A stretch of DNA of 64,000 bases from an uncultured Mesohalobacter sp. (GTDB lineage: Bacteria > Bacteroidota > Bacteroidia > Flavobacteriales > Flavobacteriaceae), in the NCBI GenBank assembly GCA_964577705.1, contig CAZOAD010000007.1:2621-66620 (forward strand), given 5' to 3'. The notes beneath the pieces were generated by a model, which was not told where the DNA came from, made no database searches, and saw only the letters and a program-made list of their open reading frames with translations. This document shows, piece by piece, positions 9,975-19,461 of the stretch; position 1 is the stretch's first letter, and every line of letters begins with the position of its first letter. Position numbers and translations under genes: made by a program.

Positions 9975-11111
9975 ATGAGACAACTTCTACTCGTATTGGT
10001 TTTTCTGCCAATATTTAGCTATAGTCAGGAAAAACCTGTAGTCAATATCGGTGGTGCTTTGAGATACAACTACCTGATCAGTTCCTGGGATTCTGATCAA
10101 AAAGATATCGGAGGTGATTTTGTTTATGATTTTTTTAGAGTCAACGCTGAGGCCTCTTATAAAGATGTGTATTTGAATGTAGAATACAGAGAGTATTCCC
10201 CAGATTTTGGTGGTGGATTCCTGAAACAAGGCTGGATGGGTTATAAATTTAATGAGAAGGAAGATATTCACATAGGATTAACACAGGTACCATTTGGCAT
10301 TCAAACCTATAACTCTCACAACTGGTTTTTTAACCTTACCTATTATGTAGGACTTGAAGATGATCATGATCTCGGAGTCAAATACATGAATATCGGAGAT
10401 AAATTTGAATATCAGCTCGCCTTTTTTAAAGGTTCTGAGCTATTTGATTTAGGGGGTGCCAGAGCAGTAGATCCTGAACGCTATGCTTACGATATAGTTG
10501 GGACCAATAAAGAGGTCAATCAGTTTAATGGAAAATTCATTTATAAAACAGGAGAGCAGTTCAAACAACGGTTTGGCTTTTCTGCTCAGTATGGTGGACT
10601 ATATAATATTGAAACTCAAGATATGGGAGATCACCATGCTCTTTCACTCCACCATGAAGTCGATTACAAGCGTTGGAATTTAAAAACGACTGTGCTTACA
10701 GCTAGACATAATCCTATGAATGCACCTGGGCAAAACAGAGATATTGTGAGAATGGGAGCCTATGGTTTCCCCTATGATGTCGCCTCAGACTTTGAGATGT
10801 ATACCGCAGCCATATCATACTCGCTTCCAGTTGATATAGGTCCCATAAGCAATTTACAGTTCTACAATGATTTTGGATATATGGACAAACAAGCTGAAGG
10901 ATTTACTAATACCGCTCAGAATGTGCTAGGCATGCTGGTCACCGCAGGAGACATGTATATCTACGTAGATTATGCGGCAGGCTATAACCATTCCTGGTTT
11001 GGTGGTGATTTCACCAACGAATTTGGAAGTGGAAAGCCCAATTTAGGTTGGGAGTCTAGGTTTAATATCAATTTCGGGTATTATTTCTTAACTGATAATT
11101 CATCGAGATAA
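9975..11111 (+). CDS. Outer-membrane beta-barrel (porin-like) protein
   Basis: Signal peptide; alternating aromatic beta strands (IGGALRYNY, GLTQVPFG, RFNINFGYYF); first gene before a BCCT transporter. Confidence 0.7.
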   Translation: MRQLLLVLVFLPIFSYSQEKPVVNIGGALRYNYLISSWDSDQKDIGGDFVYDFFRVNAEASYKDVYLNVEYREYSPDFGGGFLKQGWMGYKFNEKEDIHIGLTQVPFGIQTYNSHNWFFNLTYYVGLEDDHDLGVKYMNIGDKFEYQLAFFKGSELFDLGGARAVDPERYAYDIVGTNKEVNQFNGKFIYKTGEQFKQRFGFSAQYGGLYNIETQDMGDHHALSLHHEVDYKRWNLKTTVLTARHNPMNAPGQNRDIVRMGAYGFPYDVASDFEMYTAAISYSLPVDIGPISNLQFYNDFGYMDKQAEGFTNTAQNVLGMLVTAGDMYIYVDYAAGYNHSWFGGDFTNEFGSGKPNLGWESRFNINFGYYFLTDNSSR

Positions 11112-11135
11112 TTACAACAATTTAAAACACATTTT

Positions 11136-12743
11136 ATGTCAGAAAAAGTAACGAGAAGTGATGAAAAAAAATCGATTTTTGGCCTGGAAGTCAATGGTCC
11201 TGTTTTTTTCACCTCTGTCATACTAATTGTCGCCATGATCACCTTGGTGTTAATTTTCAGTGAATCTGCCGAGGAATTTTTTAATAAAGTTCAAACCAAT
11301 GTTTCTGAATTCGGAGGTTGGTTATATGTCTTAAGTGTAAATGTATTTTTAATTTTTGTCTTATTTCTCGCTTTTAGCAAATTTGGAAAAATCAGACTGG
11401 GCGGAAAAGACGCCGAACCCGAGTTTAAGACTTTATCCTGGTTTTCTATGCTCTTTAGTGCAGGAATGGGTATTGGCTTGTTATTTTGGAGTGTTGCCGA
11501 ACCCGTTACCCATTACGGTGCTCCACCCAATGCAGACCCCAATACGATAGATGCAGCCAAAGAAGCCATGAATTTTAGTTTTTTGCACTGGGGTTTTCAC
11601 CCCTGGGCTATTTATGCCTTAGTAGGATTGGCCTTGGCATTTTTTACCTATTCCAGAGGTTTGCCTTTAACCTTTAGGAGTGTTTTTTATCCATTCCTGG
11701 GAGATAAAATTTACGGAAGAACAGGAGATATCATCGATATTTTTGCTGTATTAGCCACCTTATTTGGATTAGCCACTTCTTTAGGTTTTGGAGTTCAGCA
11801 AGTGGCTGCAGGCCTGGAGCAAGTTTTCGGCATGTCTAGTGGTACAACTACTCAGGTGCTTCTGATTGCTGGAATTACAGCCGTCGCCACCATATCAGTT
11901 GTGCTTGGTGTCGATAAAGGCGTTAAGATTTTAAGTGAATGGAACATTAGGATTGCCGTTGTTCTATTAATCTTAGTATTGATTTTGGGTCCCACTCTAT
12001 TCGTTTTTGAAAGTTATTTAGAAAATTTGGGTAACTACTTTAGCAGCGTAGTCGAATTGTCTTTATGGAATGAAAGTTTTACTGGTGGCGATTGGCAGAA
12101 CGACTGGACTATTTTCTACTGGGGATGGTGGATCTCCTGGTCCCCATTCGTTGGAACCTTCATCGCCAGAGTTTCTAAAGGGCGAACCGTAAAAGAATTC
12201 ATTTTAGGAGTCTTAATTGTCCCTAGTTTGATCACCTTTTTCTGGATTACAGTTTTTGGGAATTCTGCATTAGACGCCATTATGGAAGGAAATAATGCTA
12301 TAGCAACTGCCGTAGATAACGATGTAGCGACAGCCTTGTTTGTGTTTTTTGAAGACTTTCCATTTACGATAGTTCTCAATGTCGTAGCTATCTTACTTAT
12401 TATGGGATTTTTCATCACCTCCTCAGATTCTGGTTCTTTGGTCATAGATAGCTTAACTTCTGGTGGGAAAATTGAAGCTCCAGTAGGACAGCGTATATTT
12501 TGGGCCGTTACAGAGGGTGCAGTAGCTGCCGTTCTTTTAATTGGTGGTGGTTTAGGAGCTTTACAAACAGCTGCTATTACCACAGGATTGCCCTTTGCGA
12601 TAATACTTCTTATCATGTGTTATTCGTTATATAACGGACTTAAAGACGAATCTAAAAAACACGAGAAACGAAAGGAAAGTGAGCAAAAAGAGGATTACGA
12701 AGAAATCGTAAGTAATATCATTAAAAAACGCACCAAAAAATAA
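11136..12743 (+). CDS. BCCT family (betaine/choline/carnitine) transporter
   Basis: SWFSMLFSAGMGIGLLFW, HWGFHPWAIY, WTIFYWGWWISWSPFVGTFIARVSKGRT. Confidence 0.95.
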   Translation: MSEKVTRSDEKKSIFGLEVNGPVFFTSVILIVAMITLVLIFSESAEEFFNKVQTNVSEFGGWLYVLSVNVFLIFVLFLAFSKFGKIRLGGKDAEPEFKTLSWFSMLFSAGMGIGLLFWSVAEPVTHYGAPPNADPNTIDAAKEAMNFSFLHWGFHPWAIYALVGLALAFFTYSRGLPLTFRSVFYPFLGDKIYGRTGDIIDIFAVLATLFGLATSLGFGVQQVAAGLEQVFGMSSGTTTQVLLIAGITAVATISVVLGVDKGVKILSEWNIRIAVVLLILVLILGPTLFVFESYLENLGNYFSSVVELSLWNESFTGGDWQNDWTIFYWGWWISWSPFVGTFIARVSKGRTVKEFILGVLIVPSLITFFWITVFGNSALDAIMEGNNAIATAVDNDVATALFVFFEDFPFTIVLNVVAILLIMGFFITSSDSGSLVIDSLTSGGKIEAPVGQRIFWAVTEGAVAAVLLIGGGLGALQTAAITTGLPFAIILLIMCYSLYNGLKDESKKHEKRKESEQKEDYEEIVSNIIKKRTKK

Positions 12744-12748
12744 AGCTT

Positions 12749-13609
12749 ATGAAACCAGTAAAAAATATTCTTGTAGGTCTGGATTTATCATCAATAGACG
12801 ATCAACTCATTGCATATAGCTCATTTTTTTCTGAGATGATCGATGTAGAAAAAGTCTACTTTGTACATAACATTAAGCGTTATGAAATCTCAGAATTACT
12901 TGAAAAAGAAATTGAAAACATAGATCTTGAAGAGGTTATTACAGAAGAACTAAGAGAAAAAATAGATCAGCATTTTACGTCTGAGATAGAATGGGATATT
13001 TTGATTTCTGATGATCCTTATACTGAATCTTTGATAAGCTACATTGTGAACAAATACAGTATAGACTTACTTATTTTGGGTAATAAGAATAATGAAAGTG
13101 GCTCAGGTATATTAGCTTTTAAGTTGTTGAGGACCATTCGTTGTCAATTTCTTTGGGTCCCTTCCAATTTTAAACCTAAAATGGATAAAATTTGGGTAGG
13201 AACCGATTTTTCTAATGCTTCCAAAAAATGTTTTGTATTTACAAATTATCTGGAATCCAAAGGTTCACTAGATGTAAAAGCTGTCCACGTTTATAGTTTG
13301 CCTATACATTTTTCTCCTTACGTCAATAACTCTAAAATTGAGCCTAAAATGGACTCTTATGTCGATAAGAAATTTGATAATTTCTTGAAAAAGGTAGACT
13401 ATTCAGGTTCTGTTCAAAGTTTCAAAATCCTTGGACGAGAAGCCAATATAGCAAGCAAATTAAAAAAAGAAGCCTACAAAAATGATGTTGACTTACTTGT
13501 AGTGGCCGATAAAGGATCGAACACCTTCTCCAATTTAACTTTAGGAAGTGTGACCGAAGATCTTTTCAACAGAGAATTAAGAATTCCATTACTCGTTGTA
13601 AAAGATTAA
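12749..13609 (+). CDS. Tandem universal stress protein (two USP domains)
   Basis: KNILVGLDLS...DLLILG and KIWVGTDFS...DLLVV...LGSVTE. Confidence 0.85.
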   Translation: MKPVKNILVGLDLSSIDDQLIAYSSFFSEMIDVEKVYFVHNIKRYEISELLEKEIENIDLEEVITEELREKIDQHFTSEIEWDILISDDPYTESLISYIVNKYSIDLLILGNKNNESGSGILAFKLLRTIRCQFLWVPSNFKPKMDKIWVGTDFSNASKKCFVFTNYLESKGSLDVKAVHVYSLPIHFSPYVNNSKIEPKMDSYVDKKFDNFLKKVDYSGSVQSFKILGREANIASKLKKEAYKNDVDLLVVADKGSNTFSNLTLGSVTEDLFNRELRIPLLVVKD

Positions 13610-13626
13610 ATTAGCTTAAAAAAAGT

Positions 13627-15336
13627 ATGTCTCGTTTTCCTCTAGTTGGTCTGCTTACGTTTTCTCTAATAAGCTTAATCAGTTGTGCCGAAAAGGCTTC
13701 AGAACAACAAAGTCCAGCTAACAAAAAAACTATAGCTGACTCTGCCATGGTTGTTTCTGCAAGAGAGGAAGCCTCAAAAATTGGCATACAAATTCTTAAG
13801 GATGGAGGTAATGCTTTTGATGCTATGGTGGCTACTGAGATGGCCTTAGCGGTGTGCTATCCTTTTGCTGGAAATCTCGGCGGAGGTGGTTTTATGGTTT
13901 ACAGAACCTTTGATGGAAAAATCGGAGCCTTAGATTACAGAGAAAAAGCACCTCTTAAGGCTAGTAAAACTATGTATCTGGATCAAAACGGAGAGCCCAA
14001 TCCAAAACTCAGTCGAGAAGGTAGCCTTGCTGTAGGTGTTCCTGGGACTGTTGCAGGCATGTTTAAGGTCAATCAGAAGTTCGGAACTTTATCAATGGCA
14101 AAGTTATTAAAACCAAGCATTGATTTGGCAAGACGAGGTTTTGTAATCACACAGAATCAGGCCAATATGCTTAATCGGTTTCAAGCTAAATTTCTTGAAG
14201 TCAATAAAGATTCGATCCTGTTTTCCAAAAAATTTAACCCTGGAGATACTTTAAAGAACGAAGCTTTAGCAAACACATTAACCAGGATTTCTCAAAATGG
14301 GATTTCTGAGTTTTATGGAGGTTCAACTGGAGAAATACTTATAGATTATATCAGCCAATATGGTGGTATTCTAAGTTTAAGCGACCTGGAGAACTACGAA
14401 GCTGTATGGAGAACACCTATTGTGTTTGACTACAAAAAACTAAAAGTTATTTCAATGCCACCTCCATCCAGTGGTGGTATTGTTTTAGGTCAGATATTAA
14501 AGATGCTCGAACCATATGACCTAAAAGGCTACGGACATAATTCAGCCAAGTATATTCAAGCACTTACAGAAGCCGAACGAAGAGCCTATGCCGACCGAAG
14601 TTTTTACTTAGGAGATCCAGATTTTATTGATATTCCAGTAGACAGCCTTTTAGATTCAGAATACCTCAAGCAGCGGATGATCAACTTTAGCTTTGAAGAG
14701 GCGACAGACTCAAAAGACATAGAACATGGTGAAATCCTTGGTTACGAAAGTGATGAAACCACCCACTACTCTATCGTAGACCAATTTGGAAACGCTATTG
14801 CAGCTACAACGACACTTAATGGTGCTTACGGATCAAAATTATTTAGTGATGAACTTGGTTTTTTTCTGAATAATGAAATGGATGACTTTAGTGCTAAACC
14901 AGGTGTACCCAATATGTTTGGATTGATTGGTGCAGAGGCAAATGCCATAGCTCCAGGAAAACGCATGTTGAGTTCTATGACTCCAACAATTGTAGAAAAA
15001 GATGGAGAGTTTTGGATGAGTGTAGGTACTCCGGGAGGATCCACAATTATAACCTCTGTACTTCAAACTATTCTCAATGTTTATGAGTTTGAGATGTCTA
15101 TGCAGGAAGCAGTTAACGCCCCTCGGTTTCACCACCAGTGGAAGCCTGATGAGATTACGTTCGAAACAATTGGCTTCAAGTCCGAACTTCTGGATTCTTT
15201 AAGTCAAAAAGAATATAAAGTGATTCAGCAGGAATCAAAAATCTTGGGAAAAGTAGATGGTGTTTTAGTACTACCCAATGGAAAATTAGAGGGAGGTGCA
15301 GACTATCGGGGAGATGATAAAGCGGTAGGATTTTGA
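13627..15336 (+). CDS. ggt: Gamma-glutamyltransferase (lipoprotein)
   Basis: Lipobox [25 protein letters not shown] (nucleophile Thr), [24 protein letters not shown]. Confidence 0.95.
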   Translation: MSRFPLVGLLTFSLISLISCAEKASEQQSPANKKTIADSAMVVSAREEASKIGIQILKDGGNAFDAMVATEMALAVCYPFAGNLGGGGFMVYRTFDGKIGALDYREKAPLKASKTMYLDQNGEPNPKLSREGSLAVGVPGTVAGMFKVNQKFGTLSMAKLLKPSIDLARRGFVITQNQANMLNRFQAKFLEVNKDSILFSKKFNPGDTLKNEALANTLTRISQNGISEFYGGSTGEILIDYISQYGGILSLSDLENYEAVWRTPIVFDYKKLKVISMPPPSSGGIVLGQILKMLEPYDLKGYGHNSAKYIQALTEAERRAYADRSFYLGDPDFIDIPVDSLLDSEYLKQRMINFSFEEATDSKDIEHGEILGYESDETTHYSIVDQFGNAIAATTTLNGAYGSKLFSDELGFFLNNEMDDFSAKPGVPNMFGLIGAEANAIAPGKRMLSSMTPTIVEKDGEFWMSVGTPGGSTIITSVLQTILNVYEFEMSMQEAVNAPRFHHQWKPDEITFETIGFKSELLDSLSQKEYKVIQQESKILGKVDGVLVLPNGKLEGGADYRGDDKAVGF

Positions 15337-15476
15337 TTGTAAAATTTACAAGCAATTGAGTTTTAAATGAGTAACTCAATTTTTAAGGTTTTGGTAATAA
15401 TTAGTCGCTTTTAAATAATTTTTTTTAGAATTTAAAGGAAATATTTTCTATTTTGCCATAATCAAAATTCAAACAC

Positions 15477-17252
15477 ATGTCATCACTTAAACGCTTATTT
15501 GATTTCCCATATTACCAATTAGAAAATTATAATCTTAAAGACGCACTAGTAACTAAATACAATGGTGTTTGGAAGTCGACTTCTTCAAAAGAATATGTTG
15601 ACCAGGTTAATAAAATAAGTCGAGGTCTTTTAAGGCTTGGAGTTAAACCTAACGATAAAGTAGCTTTGATTTCCACCAATAACAGAACAGAGTGGAACAT
15701 CATGGATATTGGTATCATGCAACTTGGAGCTCAAGATGTACCTATCTACCCTACAATCTCAGAAGAAGATTATGCTTACGTTCTCAACCACAGTGAATCT
15801 GTATTTTGTTTTGTTTCCGATAAGGAAGTCTACGACAAGGTGATGTCTATAAAAGGTGAAGTAGAATCTTTGAAAGAAGTATATACTTTTGACCAAATAG
15901 AAGGAGCAAAAAACTGGACTGAAGTTCTTGATCTTGGTGAAGATGACAGTAATCAAAGTGAAGTCCAATCCTTAATGGACAAGGTTACCGAAAACGATTT
16001 AGCCACATTAATTTATACTTCTGGGACGACTGGAAGGCCTAAAGGTGTGATGCTTTCTCATAAAAACATAGCAAGTAATGCTATAAACAGTTCCACTCGA
16101 TTACCACTGGACAAAGGAAATGCTAAAGCTTTAAGCTTTTTACCTGTCTGCCACGTTTATGAGCGAATGCTTCAGTACATGTATCAGTTCAATGGGGTAA
16201 GTGTTTACTTTGCCGAATCTATTGAAACTATAAGTGATAACCTAAAAGAAGTAAAGCCAGAAGTCATGTCTGCAGTGCCAAGGCTTCTTGAAAAAGTGTA
16301 TGATAAGATCATAGCTAAGGGTACAGACCTCACTGGTATAAAGAAGAAATTATTCTTTTGGGCTGTAGAATTAGGTTTGAAATTTGAGCCTTACGAGCAA
16401 AATGGCTGGTGGTATGAAACCCAGTTGAAACTAGCCAGAAAATTGATTTTCGTCAAGTGGCAAGAAGCCCTTGGTGGAAACTTGAAAGTGATTGCTTCTG
16501 GAAGTGCTGCATTACAGCCTAGACTGGCAAGAGTTTTCAACGCAGCTGATATCAGAGTGATGGAAGGTTACGGTCTTACTGAAACTTCTCCGGTAGTTTC
16601 AGTCAATGATATGCGTGATGGCGGTTTTAGGATTGGAACTGTAGGTAAACCCATACCAGATACTGAAGTAAAAATTGCCGATGATGGCGAAATCCTAGTC
16701 AAAGGCCCTCAGGTGATGATGGGCTATTACAAGGACAAGGAAAAAACAGACGAAGTCCTTATTAACAATTATTTCCATACAGGTGATATTGGTGAAATTT
16801 GTAAAGATGGCTTCCTAAAAATCACAGACCGCAAAAAGGAAATGTTTAAAACCTCTGGAGGTAAATATGTGGCTCCTCAAATTATTGAAAACGTGATGAA
16901 ACAATCTCGGTTTATTGAGCAAATTATGGTGGTAGGTGAAGGTCAAAAAATGCCGGCTGCCTTAATCCAGCTTAATGAAGAATTTGTAAAAGATTGGGGC
17001 AAACGCAAAGGTCTCAAACTAGGTGATTCACTATCTGAAATGATCAAAAATCAAGACTTGATTAATCGTGTTCAAGAAGAAATTGATTTTTATAACCAGA
17101 AATTTGGGAACTGGGAAAAAATCAAAAAATTTGAACTCACTCCAGATGTTTGGAGCATCGAAGAGGAACACCTCACCCCCACTATGAAATTAAAAAGACG
17201 TGTGATAAAAGAAAAATATGTCCATCTCTACAATAAGATTTATTCAAATTAA
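15477..17252 (+). CDS. Long-chain fatty acid-CoA ligase (AMP-binding)
   Basis: IYTSGTTGRPKGVML, EGYGLTETSP, FHTGDIG, ITDRKKEMFKTSGGKYVAP, LTPTMKLKR. Confidence 0.92.
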   Translation: MSSLKRLFDFPYYQLENYNLKDALVTKYNGVWKSTSSKEYVDQVNKISRGLLRLGVKPNDKVALISTNNRTEWNIMDIGIMQLGAQDVPIYPTISEEDYAYVLNHSESVFCFVSDKEVYDKVMSIKGEVESLKEVYTFDQIEGAKNWTEVLDLGEDDSNQSEVQSLMDKVTENDLATLIYTSGTTGRPKGVMLSHKNIASNAINSSTRLPLDKGNAKALSFLPVCHVYERMLQYMYQFNGVSVYFAESIETISDNLKEVKPEVMSAVPRLLEKVYDKIIAKGTDLTGIKKKLFFWAVELGLKFEPYEQNGWWYETQLKLARKLIFVKWQEALGGNLKVIASGSAALQPRLARVFNAADIRVMEGYGLTETSPVVSVNDMRDGGFRIGTVGKPIPDTEVKIADDGEILVKGPQVMMGYYKDKEKTDEVLINNYFHTGDIGEICKDGFLKITDRKKEMFKTSGGKYVAPQIIENVMKQSRFIEQIMVVGEGQKMPAALIQLNEEFVKDWGKRKGLKLGDSLSEMIKNQDLINRVQEEIDFYNQKFGNWEKIKKFELTPDVWSIEEEHLTPTMKLKRRVIKEKYVHLYNKIYSN

Positions 17253-17268
17253 GAAGTAAACAGATAGC

Positions 17269-17297
17269 AAAGGAGTCTAATTTTAGGCTCCTTTTTT
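17269..17297 (+). terminator. Intrinsic terminator after the acyl-CoA ligase
   Basis: AAAGGAGTCTA-loop-TAGGCTCCTTT followed by a T-tract. Confidence 0.75.
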
Positions 17298-17339
17298 GCT
17301 TTATATCCATTTGGAATAAAATTTAAATTACTTTGCTAT

Positions 17340-18530
17340 ATGAATCCATCAGCTTCAGGTTGGCTACAAAAATGTTTGCATCGCATCAGCGAAACAGGTA
17401 TTCTTAAACTAAGTGATCAGGAATTCTATGCCTCTTTAAGAACTACGGGATTTATTTATGGATCTAGTCAAAGTGCTTTAATTCCATTAAATCCTACCCT
17501 AAAATATACCCAACAGGAGTTGGCTAAAATCAATCTCCTTGTCGCTTTAGTCTACATAGATCATAAGTTTTGTGAGGATCAGCCTACTCATGAAATCATA
17601 GATAGACTTTTAAAATTTTACGAATCACTTCATGCTCAAAAAGAATTTTTGAGTCCCATATTTAAATTCAAAACTAAATCTGAACAAAAACTCGAGCAGT
17701 TAATTCATAAAAGGGTACAAACCAATGAGGGCTTAATTCAAAAGAATTTCAGTCATCTCATCACCAATGCTTTATTATTCACAGATGTATTGACTTATAG
17801 AAAAATACTGATAACCTCGGTAAAACCTAGTGAATATGCTAAAATTTTGGAAGGATTAATAATGCAGACGGTTTTTCTGGCACTCGATCAAAAAACCTCT
17901 AAAGCTACTTACGACACTCTTATTTTAAAACTTTTAAAAAGTTCACTTCGTTACAATTACCCAATTCAAAAAGATGTACTGGAAACCACTGCGATCGATT
18001 ATAAAAATACTTTGGATCATTTGGGTAATCTGTATGTCTTCGACCTTGCCTGCATGGCCGTTTACAGCGATGAAGAAATTGAAATTAACGAGTTACAATT
18101 CATGAATACCCTGGGAGCTGACTTAAGTTTAAATGCTCATCAAATCAATACGAGTATAGAATTTCTATTCAATTTTGTCTCTGAACACAGAGAGAACATT
18201 GCCTATTTCCATTTTAGTAATCCGCTCAATCACTTTTACAAGAAAAATCAAAAGGCTGTACAGCTCTTATTAACCAGAAATAAAAACAGGCTTTACAAGG
18301 AGATTACACAAAGCAAAGAACTCGTTTATCTTATTTCTCAATCCACAAAGAGAGAGCTAAATGCTGATGAAAAATCAAAAGTAAAAACTCAACTTTATGA
18401 TATTTTCAAAAGCATTCCATCTCTGGCTATATTTGTATTACCTGGCGGTGGCGTTTTACTACCTATTGTTATTAAATTTATTCCTCAGCTGTTACCTTCT
18501 GCCTTTAATGAGAATAACGAAAAGGATTAA
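17340..18530 (+). CDS. LETM1-related protein (Flavobacteria type)
   Basis: MNPSASGW start; C-terminal DIFKSIPSLAIFVLPGGGVLLPIVIKFIPQLLPSAF, the LETM1-like PxLLPS motif. Confidence 0.75.
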   Translation: MNPSASGWLQKCLHRISETGILKLSDQEFYASLRTTGFIYGSSQSALIPLNPTLKYTQQELAKINLLVALVYIDHKFCEDQPTHEIIDRLLKFYESLHAQKEFLSPIFKFKTKSEQKLEQLIHKRVQTNEGLIQKNFSHLITNALLFTDVLTYRKILITSVKPSEYAKILEGLIMQTVFLALDQKTSKATYDTLILKLLKSSLRYNYPIQKDVLETTAIDYKNTLDHLGNLYVFDLACMAVYSDEEIEINELQFMNTLGADLSLNAHQINTSIEFLFNFVSEHRENIAYFHFSNPLNHFYKKNQKAVQLLLTRNKNRLYKEITQSKELVYLISQSTKRELNADEKSKVKTQLYDIFKSIPSLAIFVLPGGGVLLPIVIKFIPQLLPSAFNENNEKD

Positions 18531-18610
18531 TAACATTCCAAATAATGGATTAAAACAAGGATAAAAATTTTGATTAAAGTGATCATTAGATTCGGATTTA
18601 AGTTGTGAAA

Positions 18611-19456
18611 TTACTTCAGTTTAATGGATCCTCCAGACTTCGATCTATTCAAATCCAGTCGTCCTTTTGGTTCGTTATAATAGTAAACATCTCCTCCGCT
18701 GCTTGTAGTGGCGGTTAAGTCTTCAATGGGATAAACTGAAATCGAGGATCCTGATGAAGCTTTAGCGTTGACTTTTTCAGATTCAAAGCCTTTTGAATTG
18801 ATACTTGCACCACTAGAAGATCTTGCTTCAAATTCTTTAGTACTTCCTTCTATTTCAATATCAGATCCAGAAGAAGCTTCTGCAACAGTAGCAATAGCCG
18901 TCAATTTTACCTCTGCTGAAGATCCGCTGGAACTATCAACAGAGACATCATCCGCGTTTACAATGAGTCTAGCTTCAGATCCACTTGAAGTTTCCAGGTC
19001 TAAAGATTCAAGTTCCAAATCCAGATCAACTTCTGCACCACTAGATATATCTAAAACAAAATTATCAAAAGTTAAGACTTCTGGGGAATTTACTTCAGTT
19101 CCACTTGAAGCTTTCAGCAGAGCTAACTTTTCTGTGAAATAGATCGTAATTTGCTTAGCTCCTGCACTTGAAATTTGTTTTGAAGAACTAACTTTCAACC
19201 TTCCAGCTAAGTTCTCATATTCAAAGACTTCAAATAAATTTTCATTAGCTTCCACAACCATATAGTTTGAACTAGATGGCTCTAATGTAATGGTCCATCC
19301 CCTTTCTAGTTGAAGTTCATTAAAATCTTCGAGCATGATTTGTTCTGTAATCACTTGGCCTTCGCCTTTGATTTTATCAGGATAATTGATGTTGAATGCA
19401 CAACTGCTAAGTAAAAAAAAGGTGCCAAGAATGAGTGAGTAAGTAATTGTTTTCAT
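18611..19456 (-). CDS. DUF2807 / GIN-head beta-solenoid lipoprotein
   Basis: Lipobox LSSC; SSG repeats with about 19-aa period; third gene of a padR-pspC operon. Confidence 0.85.
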   Translation of the reverse strand: MKTITYSLILGTFFLLSSCAFNINYPDKIKGEGQVITEQIMLEDFNELQLERGWTITLEPSSSNYMVVEANENLFEVFEYENLAGRLKVSSSKQISSAGAKQITIYFTEKLALLKASSGTEVNSPEVLTFDNFVLDISSGAEVDLDLELESLDLETSSGSEARLIVNADDVSVDSSSGSSAEVKLTAIATVAEASSGSDIEIEGSTKEFEARSSSGASINSKGFESEKVNAKASSGSSISVYPIEDLTATTSSGGDVYYYNEPKGRLDLNRSKSGGSIKLK

Positions 19457-19461
19457 AAATT

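Noticed and set aside
15354..15381. AATTGAGTT/AACTCAATT inverted repeat before the acyl-CoA ligase as an operator
   Set aside because: AT-rich with no second copy seen; it cannot be told apart from chance or a weak ggt terminator.
18640..19120. DNA tandem repeat in the DUF2807 gene
   Set aside because: The periodicity is the protein-level SSG beta-solenoid repeat expected for the family.
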